Of a stretch of 64,000 nt of DNA, positions 47,610-57,046 are shown one piece after another. The stretch spans positions 2,016,001 through 2,080,000 of the forward strand of contig OZ243916.1 of NCBI GenBank assembly GCA_965213675.1, in the 5' to 3' direction. The notes below the pieces were generated by a model, which had not been told where the DNA came from, did no database searches, and saw only the letters and a program-made list of their open reading frames with translations. Source of the stretch: an uncultured Candidatus Binatia bacterium. GTDB lineage: Bacteria; Desulfobacterota; Binatia; UBA9968; JAJDTQ01. The position numbers and the translations under genes were made by a program. How positions within the stretch are numbered: the stretch's first letter is position 1; every line of letters starts with the position of its first letter.

Positions 47610-50354
47610 ATGAACGAAATCGCGATCCAATTCGAGCTGAACGGCGAGACACGCCGGGCCAGCGTGGCTCCGGAACGCTTGCTGGCGGACTTTCTGCGCC
47701 GCGACCTCGGGCTCAAGGGAACCAAAACGAGTTGCGAGGTAGAGGTGTGCGGCTCCTGCACGGTGCTGCTGGACGGCCGCCCGGTGAGCGCCTGCACGAC
47801 CCTGGCCCACGAGGTGGGCGGCCGCGCGCTCACCACCATCGAGGGGCTCGGCAACGGCGACGCGCTGGACCCGGTGCAGGAGGCGTTCTGGGAAGAAGGC
47901 GGCTTCGAGTGCGGCTTCTGCACGCCGGGCATGATCCTTGCCGCCCGCGCCCTGCTGGACGAGAACCCCGAACCCTCGGAAGAGGACATCAAGGCGGCGC
48001 TGGACGGCAACATCTGCCGATGCACCGGCTATCGCTCCATCATCCGGTCGGTGGACCGGGCCGCGGCGCGGCTGCGCGGGCACGATGCACCGTGCCCGAG
48101 GCCCCTCGAGGAGCGCCGCCTGGACGGCGCCGCCAAGGTCCGCGGCGAACCGGTGTACACCGCCGACCTGACGTATCCGGGCATGCTCTACGGGCGGATC
48201 CTGCGCAGTCCCCACGCCCATGCGCGCATCCTCGGCATCGACACGTCGGCGGCCGAGGCCCATCCCGGCGTGGCGGCGGTGCTGACCGTGGCGGACCTGG
48301 GGGACATCGCGCACTACCACGGTCCCTTGGTGAAGGACACCCCCGTGCTGGCCACGGACAAGGTGCGCTACGAGGGCGACGCGGTGGCCGCGGTGGCCGC
48401 CGAGACCCTGGAGGCGGCCACCGCGGCGCTGGCCCTCATCCGCGTGGCGTACGAACCCCTGCCGGCGCTGATGACCATGGACGAGGCGCTGGCGCCGGAT
48501 GCCCCGGCCATCCACGAGTCCGTCAGCGACGACGTCCCGAGCTTTCCCGGGTATCCCCGCGTCGACGACGAGGCCAGGAAGTATGCCAACGTAAGCTTCC
48601 ACTACGAGCGCGGCAGGGGCGATGCCGACGAAGGGTTCGCCGCCTCGGAGCGCGTCTTCGACCACACCTTCGATTTCCCAAAGATCGCCCACTACTCCAT
48701 GGAGCCGCAGCTCGCCGTGGCCGAGTGGCGCGCGGACGGGTTCACCGTCTGGGCATCCACCCAGCATCCGTTCATCGTGCGCGACGAACTGGCCGAGATG
48801 TTCGGCGTGCCGCGGGAGCGCGCGCGGGTGGTGGTGCCGCTGGTGGGGGGCACCTACGGCAACAAGAACCACACCAAGCTCGAGCCCTTGGCGCTGGCGC
48901 TGGCCCGCAAGGCGGGACGGCGGGTGTTCCTGCACCTGTCGCTGGAAGAGGAGTCGCGCACCGTGAGCAAGCCGGCCGCGCGCGTGCGGCTGCGCACCGG
49001 CGTGGACCGGAACGGCAAGCTGGTGGCGCGGGACTGCCTCGTGCACGTGGACGGCGGCGCCTACTCGGACTCCGGCCCCCGAGTGACCCAGAAGGCGGGC
49101 TACCGGGCGCCCGGCCCGTACCGCATCCCGCACCTGCGGTCCCACGCCTACACCGTCTACACCAACACGGTGCCGGCGGGCGCGTTCCGCGGCATGGGCA
49201 CGCCCCAGGTGGTGTGGGCCTACGAATCGCAGATGGACATGATCGCCCGGGAGATGGGCTGGGATCCGGTGGAGTTCCGGCTCAAGAACCTGCTCGACAA
49301 GGGCGAGGAGTTCGCCCCCGGCGAGACCCCCCTGGACACCGACCTCAAGGAAGGACTCCTGCGCGCCGCCAGGGAGGTCGGCTGGGGCGAGGCGCTGGAG
49401 CCGGACTGCGGCATCGGCGTCAGTTGCGGCTGCAAGGACGGCGGCGGCAACTTCAAGATCTCGTCCGCGCGGGTGGAGGTGGACGACGGCGGCGGCCTCA
49501 CCCTGCACGAGGGCACCATCGAGATCGGCCAGGGCTCCCACACCGCCCTGGCGCGCATCGCCGCGCGGGAGCTCGGCGTGCCGCCCACCGCCGTCCGGGT
49601 GGCGCCCCAGGACACGGACTCCACCCCCTTCGACATGGGCACCTACGCCAGCAGCGCCACCACGGTCATGGGGCTCGCGGTACAGAAGGCCGCCCGGGCC
49701 GCGCGCGAACAACTCGTGGAGGCCGCGCGGGAGCTGAGCAAGAGCGCCGGCGCAGCCGCGACTCTGGCCAACGGCGAGGTGCGCCTGGCGGAGATCGCCT
49801 TTCCCTTTGCCGCCCTGGTGCGGCACGTCAAGGGCGCCGGCGGGGTCATCACCGGCGAAGGCCGGCAGGAGAGCGAACGTGACCCCAACGCCCCGCTGGG
49901 CGCCAAGGCGCCGTTCTGGGAGGTCGGTTGGGGCGCCGCCAGGGTCCGCGTGGACCGGGACACCGGCGCCGTGCGCGTGCTCAAGTACGTCGGCATCGCC
50001 GACGCCGGCAAGGCCATCAATCCCCAGGTTTGCCAGACCCAGGAGCAGGGCGCGTTTCTGCAGGGACTCGGGCAGGCGCTGTTCGAGGAGACCGTGTACG
50101 AGAACGGCCTGATGCTCACTCCCGACGCCCTTACCTACCGCCTGCCGAAGATCTCCGACCTGCCAGACGAGCACGTGAACATCCTCTTCGAGAACGGCAA
50201 CGGCGCCGGCCCCTACGGCGCCAAGGGGCTGGGCGAAAGCGGCATCCTTCCTGTGCCGTCGGCCATCGCCAACGCCGTGGATCACGCCGTGGGCGTGCGC
50301 ATTACCGATTTGCCGATCACGGGTGAGAAGGTCTGGCGGGCGCTGAACAAGTGA
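47610..50354 (+). CDS. Xanthine dehydrogenase-family molybdoprotein with fused N-terminal 2x[2Fe-2S] domain
   Basis: CEVEVCGSC..C, CGFCTPG, CRCTGY, then RSPHAHA, AFRGMG, IGQG, GAKGLGE. Confidence 0.92.
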   Translation: MNEIAIQFELNGETRRASVAPERLLADFLRRDLGLKGTKTSCEVEVCGSCTVLLDGRPVSACTTLAHEVGGRALTTIEGLGNGDALDPVQEAFWEEGGFECGFCTPGMILAARALLDENPEPSEEDIKAALDGNICRCTGYRSIIRSVDRAAARLRGHDAPCPRPLEERRLDGAAKVRGEPVYTADLTYPGMLYGRILRSPHAHARILGIDTSAAEAHPGVAAVLTVADLGDIAHYHGPLVKDTPVLATDKVRYEGDAVAAVAAETLEAATAALALIRVAYEPLPALMTMDEALAPDAPAIHESVSDDVPSFPGYPRVDDEARKYANVSFHYERGRGDADEGFAASERVFDHTFDFPKIAHYSMEPQLAVAEWRADGFTVWASTQHPFIVRDELAEMFGVPRERARVVVPLVGGTYGNKNHTKLEPLALALARKAGRRVFLHLSLEEESRTVSKPAARVRLRTGVDRNGKLVARDCLVHVDGGAYSDSGPRVTQKAGYRAPGPYRIPHLRSHAYTVYTNTVPAGAFRGMGTPQVVWAYESQMDMIAREMGWDPVEFRLKNLLDKGEEFAPGETPLDTDLKEGLLRAAREVGWGEALEPDCGIGVSCGCKDGGGNFKISSARVEVDDGGGLTLHEGTIEIGQGSHTALARIAARELGVPPTAVRVAPQDTDSTPFDMGTYASSATTVMGLAVQKAARAAREQLVEAARELSKSAGAAATLANGEVRLAEIAFPFAALVRHVKGAGGVITGEGRQESERDPNAPLGAKAPFWEVGWGAARVRVDRDTGAVRVLKYVGIADAGKAINPQVCQTQEQGAFLQGLGQALFEETVYENGLMLTPDALTYRLPKISDLPDEHVNILFENGNGAGPYGAKGLGESGILPVPSAIANAVDHAVGVRITDLPITGEKVWRALNK

Positions 50355-50412
50355 CGTCAGGCCAGAAGGCCGAAGCCCCGGCAATGGCCGCCGGTGTGCC
50401 CGTCGAGACAAC

Positions 50413-51177
50413 GTGAGCGAACAGCCGCCCAGGGACCGCTTCTACTTCAAGCTCTTTGAGACTCTCGACGAGCCCGGTTGTCCCATCTGCACCATCGTGC
50501 TCCGGGACAGCCGCGCCTACCTCGACAGCGTCTTCTACGAACGCATCACCGACGTGCCCACCCGCATGGGCCTGCGCGACTCCCTTGGTCTGTGCAACCT
50601 GCACACCTGGCTGCTGCGCGACCTCCCTGGCTCCAGCGCGCCGGACCTGGGCTTCGCCATCATCGCCAAGGATCTGCTGAGCCGCTTCCAGCGCATGGCC
50701 GTGGAGTCTGGCACTCCACGGCGGCGCTCCCTGCGGGTTTGGTTCACGCGCGCCCGCTCCCGGCTGCGCGCCAGGCTGAAACGCAATCCCTGCCCCGCCT
50801 GCGTGTACGCCGCGCGCTCCGAGTCCGTGCACCTGCGGCAACTGCTGGACCGGCTGGGCGAAACCGCGTTCTTCGAGAAATACCGCCGCTCCGCCGGCAT
50901 ATGCCTGCCCCACTTCCTCATGGCCGAGGAAAGCCACCCGGACCACGCTCATCTCCCGCGGCTCCGCGAACAGCAGATCCGCGACGCCGGGTTCCTGCAC
51001 GACACCCTCGACCGCTTCATCGAGAAACACGACCACCGCGCAAAGGACGAGATCACCCCCGCGGAAGCCAAGGCCTGGATCGATGCCGTGGCATTCCTGA
51101 GCGGGAAGCGCGGCGTGTTCGACAGCGAAATGCGCAGGCCGACTCGGTGGGGACCGCTACGGATATTCAAGCGCTAG
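50413..51177 (+). CDS. DUF6062-like protein with duplicated Cys/His motifs
   Basis: CPIC...GLCNLH and CPAC...GICLPH repeats; F..KHD.R. Confidence 0.7.
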   Translation: MSEQPPRDRFYFKLFETLDEPGCPICTIVLRDSRAYLDSVFYERITDVPTRMGLRDSLGLCNLHTWLLRDLPGSSAPDLGFAIIAKDLLSRFQRMAVESGTPRRRSLRVWFTRARSRLRARLKRNPCPACVYAARSESVHLRQLLDRLGETAFFEKYRRSAGICLPHFLMAEESHPDHAHLPRLREQQIRDAGFLHDTLDRFIEKHDHRAKDEITPAEAKAWIDAVAFLSGKRGVFDSEMRRPTRWGPLRIFKR

Positions 51178-51201
51178 TGTGCTTGCTGGAGCGCCTGGCT
51201 G

Positions 51202-53178
51202 TCAGGGGTCCGGCGGCCCGTTGTCCGGCGCCGCGGTCAAGAGTTGTACCGCGCGGTCGAGATCGGCGTGGCTTCCCAACAGCACCAGGATGTCGCCGGG
51301 GCGCAGCCGGTGGTTCATGGGTGGGCTCTCCATCGAGACGCCGTCCCGCACCAGCGCCAGGACGCTGGTGCGGCCCTGGAAGTGTTGCTTCAACTCGCCG
51401 ATGGTCATGGACGCGCCCGGCGCCTCCTCCTGCACCAGGAACGTGTCCGCGGTGGCGCCGGTGAGAAACTGGCCGAACCGGGCCAGGCTCTTGCCCTCCA
51501 GGCGCAGCCCGCGCAGCATGCTGTAACCTTCCCGTCGCACCATCTCCACCTGCAAGGTGATGACGTTGCGCGGCACATGGTATTCCTGGAGCACCCGGGC
51601 GAAGATCTCCACCGAGGTCTCGAACTCCTCCGGGATGACCTCGTTGGCGCCAAGCCGCATCAGGTGCGGGATCTCGGCGACGTAGCGCGTCCGCACGACG
51701 ACGTAAAGGTTGGGGTTCAACCGCCGCGCGTGCGCGACGATGCGCGATGTCGCCACCGGGTCGCTGATGGCCACCACCAGGACACGCGCCCGCTCCACTC
51801 CCATTACGCTCAGCACCGCCGGACGCGTGGCGTCGCCGAAGTCGATGTTCTCGCCCTCGGCGCGAGCCCGGCGCGCCGTCTGAGTATTGAGATCCAGGAT
51901 CCTGTGGGGGATGTCTACCTCACGCAGGACACGCGCCAGATTCTGGCCATTGAGTCCATAGCCGACGATCACGACGTGTCCGGCCATGGCGTCCGCCGCC
52001 GGCTCCTGGCGCGTCCCGGCGCCGCCGTGCAGCGCGAGCCCCAACCGGCTCCCGGCAAGGATCAGCAGCGGCGTCGCCAGCATGCTGAGGATCACGACCG
52101 CCAGGAACATCTGTTCCTGGGCCGGTGAAAGGAGCGCGAACTCGCCGCCCATGCGCGCCAGGATGAGCGAGAACTCGCCCACCTGGGCGAGTGCCAGCCC
52201 CAGCAGCAGGCCGAGACGGAACGACCGCTGCATGGTCGCGAAGATGGCGGTGATGAGTCCGCCCTTGATGAGCACCAGCAACAGCAAGGCGCCGGCGATG
52301 GCGGCGAACTCCTCGCTCACGAAATGGAAATCCACCTGCATGCCGATGGCGATGAAGAAGATGCCGGCGAACGTGTCGCGCAGCGGGTGGATGTCGGCGA
52401 TCACTTGATGGCTGTATTCCGAGTCGGAGATCAGGAGACCGGCGACGAACGCGCCCAGCGCCAGGGAAATGCCGGTCTGAAACGCCGCCCACGCGGTGCC
52501 GAGACAGATGAGCAGTACGAACAGGACGAACACTTCCTGGTTCCGCAGGCGCGCCACCTGATGCAGGAACCACGGCACGACGAAGCGCGACGCGGTGAAG
52601 ATCACGAATACCGCGAGAATCGCCTTTCCCAGCGTGAAGGCCACCACCTGGAAGGACAACGCCTCGGTTTCCCCGAGCACCGGCACCGACAGCATCATGG
52701 GCACGGCGATGATGTCCTGCAACAGCAGTGTCCCCACGACGAGCCGGCCGTGCAGGGCCGCCAACTCGTCGCGGTCGCTCAGGATCTTGAGCACGATGGC
52801 GGTGCTGCTGAGGGACGCCAGCATGCCGAAGAAGAAACTGATGCGCACCGGAAAGCCGAGATGGACGCCCACCGCGGTCACGGCCAGGGCCGTGAGGGCC
52901 ACCTGCAGCAGGCCGCCCGTAATGATCTGCCCCCTCACGGCCATGAACCGTTCGAAGGAGAACTCCAGCCCGATGGAAAAGAGCAGCAGCACAACGCCGA
53001 TCTCGGCCAGAAGCTCGAGCTCGGCCCCATGGCCGATGACCTCGAGGCCGTGGGGGCCCATGACCACCCCCACCGCGAGATAGCCGATGACCGCCGGGAC
53101 CCTCAGCTTGTGAAACACCGAGACCGTGGCCACCGTGACGGCGAGGACGGTCACCAGGCTGGTAAGTACGTGTGGCAT
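51202..53178 (-). CDS. CPA2 cation:proton antiporter with TrkA-N/TrkA-C domains (KefC-like)
   Basis: AEIGVVLLLFSIGLE, LSSTAIV, QD, LAQVGEF, IVGYG..G, FGDAT. Confidence 0.92.
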   Translation of the reverse strand: MPHVLTSLVTVLAVTVATVSVFHKLRVPAVIGYLAVGVVMGPHGLEVIGHGAELELLAEIGVVLLLFSIGLEFSFERFMAVRGQIITGGLLQVALTALAVTAVGVHLGFPVRISFFFGMLASLSSTAIVLKILSDRDELAALHGRLVVGTLLLQDIIAVPMMLSVPVLGETEALSFQVVAFTLGKAILAVFVIFTASRFVVPWFLHQVARLRNQEVFVLFVLLICLGTAWAAFQTGISLALGAFVAGLLISDSEYSHQVIADIHPLRDTFAGIFFIAIGMQVDFHFVSEEFAAIAGALLLLVLIKGGLITAIFATMQRSFRLGLLLGLALAQVGEFSLILARMGGEFALLSPAQEQMFLAVVILSMLATPLLILAGSRLGLALHGGAGTRQEPAADAMAGHVVIVGYGLNGQNLARVLREVDIPHRILDLNTQTARRARAEGENIDFGDATRPAVLSVMGVERARVLVVAISDPVATSRIVAHARRLNPNLYVVVRTRYVAEIPHLMRLGANEVIPEEFETSVEIFARVLQEYHVPRNVITLQVEMVRREGYSMLRGLRLEGKSLARFGQFLTGATADTFLVQEEAPGASMTIGELKQHFQGRTSVLALVRDGVSMESPPMNHRLRPGDILVLLGSHADLDRAVQLLTAAPDNGPPDP

Positions 53179-53328
53179 GATGATATGGGCTGCGTCGCGC
53201 GATCTTGGAACAATATGTGCAGGATTTCCTGTCTCCGGCAAGGTACAGCGGTCGCGGGGTGTTGAATTGTCGCGGGGGTTCCATGATGATGAAGCGGCAG
53301 CCTTTCAGAGCGCGGCAACGAGGAGACC

Positions 53329-54108
53329 ATGAGCGAAGCAAACAGAGTCATGGGCATTGATATCGGCGGCACCGGGGTCAAGGCGGCCGTGGTGGACACC
53401 GGGAGCGGAACGCTGGCGACGGAGCGCGTGCGCCAGCCCACGCCGAAACCGGCGACTCCGGCGGCGGTCATGAAGACCATCAAGGAGTTGCAGCGGCAAC
53501 TGCAATGGCGCGGCGCCGTGGGTTGCGGTTTCCCTGGCCTGGTGAAGAGCGGCCGGGTGCAGCGCGCGCCCAACCTCGACCCATCCTGGATCGGCTACGA
53601 CCTGACCGGCCGGCTCGAGGCGGAGTTGAACGCCCCGAGCGTGGCCATCGGCAACGACGCCGACGCCGCCGGCTTGGCGGAGTTCGAATTCGGGGCGGGC
53701 AAGGGCGTGTCCGGCACCGTGCTGGTGCTCACCCTGGGAACCGGCATCGGCTCCGCCGTGTTCCGTGACGGCGTACTGTTACCGGACACCGAGCTGGGCC
53801 ATCTCGAGATGCGCGGCAAGATCGCCGAGAAACGGGCGGCCGCGAACGTCCGCGAGAGCAAGCGCCTGAGCTGGAAGAAATGGGGCAAGCGGCTCAACGA
53901 CTATCTGGTTCACGTCGAGTACCTGCTGGGAGTCGATCTGTTCATCATCGGGGGCGGAGTCAGCAAGCGGCCCGAAAGGTTCTTCCCTTACCTCACCGGC
54001 GTGGGCTGCCGGGTGGAAGCCGCCCGCCTCGGCAACGGGGCCGGCATCATCGGCGCCGCGCTGTTCCCGTCGCGCCGCGCAACGCAGCCCCAGGAGCTTG
54101 CGCCGTAG
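53329..54108 (+). CDS. ppgK: Polyphosphate glucokinase (ROK family)
   Basis: GIDIGGTG.K, TPKPATP, NDADAAG.AE, LTLGTGIGSA, TELGHL, W..W, GGGVSK, AGIIGAA. Confidence 0.88.
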   Translation: MSEANRVMGIDIGGTGVKAAVVDTGSGTLATERVRQPTPKPATPAAVMKTIKELQRQLQWRGAVGCGFPGLVKSGRVQRAPNLDPSWIGYDLTGRLEAELNAPSVAIGNDADAAGLAEFEFGAGKGVSGTVLVLTLGTGIGSAVFRDGVLLPDTELGHLEMRGKIAEKRAAANVRESKRLSWKKWGKRLNDYLVHVEYLLGVDLFIIGGGVSKRPERFFPYLTGVGCRVEAARLGNGAGIIGAALFPSRRATQPQELAP

Positions 54109-54131
54109 GACCGGCGTCCTTCGACTCCGCA

Positions 54132-55679
54132 CTACGACGGGCGCAGCCAAGGCAGCAGCAAAGCGTACGGCGGCTCGGTTGCGCGCAGGCTGCGCTGGAA
54201 CTTGACGAACAGCCCCCGGACCCGGGCGCACTCCCGGTCCCTTTCCGCGCGCATGCGCGACACCAGCGCGTCGACCGCCGGCAATGCCGCATCCGCCCCC
54301 GTCTCGGACAAGGCCCGGGCGAAATCCTGTGTCCGGGACTCGTGAACGGTCAGGTCCTGAATTCTCCCGAGCGCGTCCTGCAACTTCTTGAGGCGCTGCG
54401 TCACGTCCCGGACCTCGGGAGACAACTCCGCAAGAATCTCCGTAAGGTAGCGGAGCTGCTTGCACTCGATGCGCAGCGAATGCAGCGCGTCCGGGGCGGC
54501 GTCATCCGGAATGGCGTAGCCCTGCTCCAGAACCGCCCGGCACTTCCGCGCCACGCGCGCGCCCACCACCCGCGTGAGGGGCTTCGAGCCATGCCGCCCC
54601 GGGCGCAGCCCACTCTCCTCATCCTCCACGCACACACGCCAGCGCTCCAGCGCCTTCCGATAAGCGGCCGAGCGTGTCAGGGTCACGACCTCCCGCTGGG
54701 CCGCATCCCGCGCCCGCGCGGCGTGGTCGAACAGCGGCGCGAGGTCCCCGGCCAGGGGATCGCCGAGCAGATTCCGGTATTCCTGCCGGTGTTCCAGATA
54801 AACGTCCAGATCCCTCAAGTCATTGGTGGACCGGGCCAGCCGCGAAAGGCTCTTTCTCAACTCGGCCGCTCGGGCGGGCTCGAAGACATCGCGGAGTTGC
54901 CCGAGAAAGGACCGGGCACGTCGCACGGCCACCCGGAAGTCGTGCAGAAACTCGACGTCCGTATCGTTGCGAATGCCCTCCTCGTTGACGCGCGCCACCC
55001 GGTACTGGGCGCGCAGGACGGCCCGGATCGCATCCGCCGAGGACATGGAGGCGGTGAGCTGGGTCCGGGACAGGGAGGCCGCGGCCAGCGGATCCACCCC
55101 CAGCGCCTTCAGGGCCTCACCGAAGCGGGAGGCCCCCCCACGCTCGACGCCCTGCCGCGCCCACCATTGGCACACTTCGCGAAAGGCATTCCCGTACCCA
55201 CGCACCTGACGAACCTCCACCTGGCGACCGAGCCCCTCGACACACCCGCCGGCCTCCGCGTCCTCTTCACGGAGCGCCACGCGCAGCACCGTCTTCTCGT
55301 CGCGATTCGTCAGCCGCCAGGCGCGAACGTGGCAGCGCACCGAGAACAGCCGCCGCAACGCACGATTCCGGGAGAGTGGCCGCAACGCGTCTTGCAGCGC
55401 ACCGGGAGGAAGCTCGCCGGCAAATGTGGGGGGGTCCGTGACGGCGGCGCGGGCCAGTTCTCCGGGCGGATCGAGGCCTTCGAGGCACAGTTCGCCCTGG
55501 CTGAACCGCAACGCGCGGGAACGGGCGAAGAGGCGTCCGTCAAAGGTGTCGTAGTATTGCGTTTCGAGCCTGGAACCGCGGTCCTCACTCAGGACAAAGG
55601 CCTCGCGAAAATCGCTGAGCATGCGCTGCCCCGCCTCGCCGGCCGGGATAGCGAAGGACCGTTCCAGAGGTTCCTTCAA
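54132..55679 (-). CDS. CHAD-domain protein with N-terminal CYTH-like segment
   Basis: YYDTFD.RL N-terminus; EFLHDFRVAVRRARS, RDLDV, LHSLRI..K.LRY..E, LQD.LG..QD. Start is TTG 55679 (TTGA overlap with parA) or ATG 55712. Confidence 0.88.
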   Translation of the reverse strand: MKEPLERSFAIPAGEAGQRMLSDFREAFVLSEDRGSRLETQYYDTFDGRLFARSRALRFSQGELCLEGLDPPGELARAAVTDPPTFAGELPPGALQDALRPLSRNRALRRLFSVRCHVRAWRLTNRDEKTVLRVALREEDAEAGGCVEGLGRQVEVRQVRGYGNAFREVCQWWARQGVERGGASRFGEALKALGVDPLAAASLSRTQLTASMSSADAIRAVLRAQYRVARVNEEGIRNDTDVEFLHDFRVAVRRARSFLGQLRDVFEPARAAELRKSLSRLARSTNDLRDLDVYLEHRQEYRNLLGDPLAGDLAPLFDHAARARDAAQREVVTLTRSAAYRKALERWRVCVEDEESGLRPGRHGSKPLTRVVGARVARKCRAVLEQGYAIPDDAAPDALHSLRIECKQLRYLTEILAELSPEVRDVTQRLKKLQDALGRIQDLTVHESRTQDFARALSETGADAALPAVDALVSRMRAERDRECARVRGLFVKFQRSLRATEPPYALLLPWLRPS

Positions 55680-56464
55680 GAGTCCGGTTCCGAGCCGCGG
55701 CCATTCATGCATTCCGCGACCTGTTGCCACAATTCCCGATAACGCTGGCTCGCCACCGCTCCCGGGGACAGGAACGGGAGGGGCGCGCGGGCAAGCCCCA
55801 TGTTCTCGACATTCACGGTGTAGGGGATCGCCGCCGGCAAGCATTGCGGGAATTGCTCCCGCATGGACTGCATGGTGGCGCGATGCATCTTCTTGCGGGC
55901 TTCCACCATGGAAAAGAAGGTCCACACCTTGGCTTCATCGTATCCCCTGCGCCGGAGGAAGAGGCGCAGGTCCGCATAGGCGCGCACCGCAAGTGTGGTC
56001 GGGACTACGGGAACCAGCAGGAGGTCGGCGACCACGAAAAGGCACTCGGCCAGCACGGTCGCGGTCGCCGGACTGTCCAGGACGATCAGGTCGTACTCGT
56101 CACGGAAGGGATCGAATATCTCTTTCAGCCGGCGCCGGGATCGCTTGACACGCCCCAACAAGGAGGGCAGGTGCCGGTGGGACCAATCCGCAGGCAAGAG
56201 ATCCAGACCTTCGAAGTCGGTTCCCTTGATGTTGCCGGCGATCTTCGTCCCGCCCTTGAGGAGTACCTTGCGGGCGTGCTTGAGCGCCGGTTTGACGCGG
56301 AAGAAGTAGGTCGTCGAACTCTGCGGGTCGAGATCGCAAATCAGCGTCTTGAGACCCGAAACCGCACTTAGATAGGACAGATTGACCGCCGTGGTGGTCT
56401 TGCCGACTCCTCCCTTCAAGTGGTAGAGCGCCAGCACCCTGCCCTGTCCGGACTCCCCCGCCAT
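55676..56464 (-). CDS. ParA/Soj-family ATPase (orphan, no parB in window)
   Basis: KGGVGKTT, DLDPQ, LDLLPA, YDLIVLDSP. Confidence 0.92.
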   Translation of the reverse strand: MAGESGQGRVLALYHLKGGVGKTTTAVNLSYLSAVSGLKTLICDLDPQSSTTYFFRVKPALKHARKVLLKGGTKIAGNIKGTDFEGLDLLPADWSHRHLPSLLGRVKRSRRRLKEIFDPFRDEYDLIVLDSPATATVLAECLFVVADLLLVPVVPTTLAVRAYADLRLFLRRRGYDEAKVWTFFSMVEARKKMHRATMQSMREQFPQCLPAAIPYTVNVENMGLARAPLPFLSPGAVASQRYRELWQQVAECMNGRGSEPDS

Positions 56465-56543
56465 GTTTCAACGTACGCCGAGTCCGTCGCCGCACCCAAC
56501 CTCCAGGAGGCAATTTTCCATCACCCCCCGTCTGGAGTCGGTG

Positions 56544-56924
56544 TCAACTCCGAGGCTTCTTCGGCGGTACGATGGCGTCCTTGCAAGCCTTGGCCACGCG
56601 AAACTTCACCACGCGCCGGGCGGGAATCTTGATGCTCTCGCCGGTGGCGGGATTGCGTCCCATGCGAGCCTTGCGGCTGTCCTTCACCAAGCGGCCGATG
56701 CCCGGCACGATGAAGAGCCCGTTCTTCTTGACCTCTTTGACCGCCAAGGCCGCCAGATTGTCGAGGAAGTCCTTGGCCACCGTCTTGCTGAGATCGCACT
56801 TGGCCGCCAGATCGGTGACGATCTGCGCTTGAGTCATCGTCTTCGCAGTCTTGGCGGCTGCCTTGGTGGCTGTCTTGGCCGCCGTCTTCCGGGCGCCTTT
56901 CGCGGCTGTCTTTGCCTCTGCCAT
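56544..56924 (-). CDS. HU-family DNA-binding protein with Lys/Ala-rich N-terminal extension
   Basis: RKARMGRNPATGE.IKIPA..VVKF; N-terminal KTAAK repeats. Confidence 0.92.
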   Translation of the reverse strand: MAEAKTAAKGARKTAAKTATKAAAKTAKTMTQAQIVTDLAAKCDLSKTVAKDFLDNLAALAVKEVKKNGLFIVPGIGRLVKDSRKARMGRNPATGESIKIPARRVVKFRVAKACKDAIVPPKKPRS

Positions 56925-57046
56925 AACCCTCCCTTTCCACGTCCCGGTTGCCCGGGGCATCGGATAAACAAAAACAACTGGTTCAGCAATGGTATTTGGA
57001 TTTCACGAAGTTGTAAAGATGGAATCACGCCATGGCGACAGCCGCG

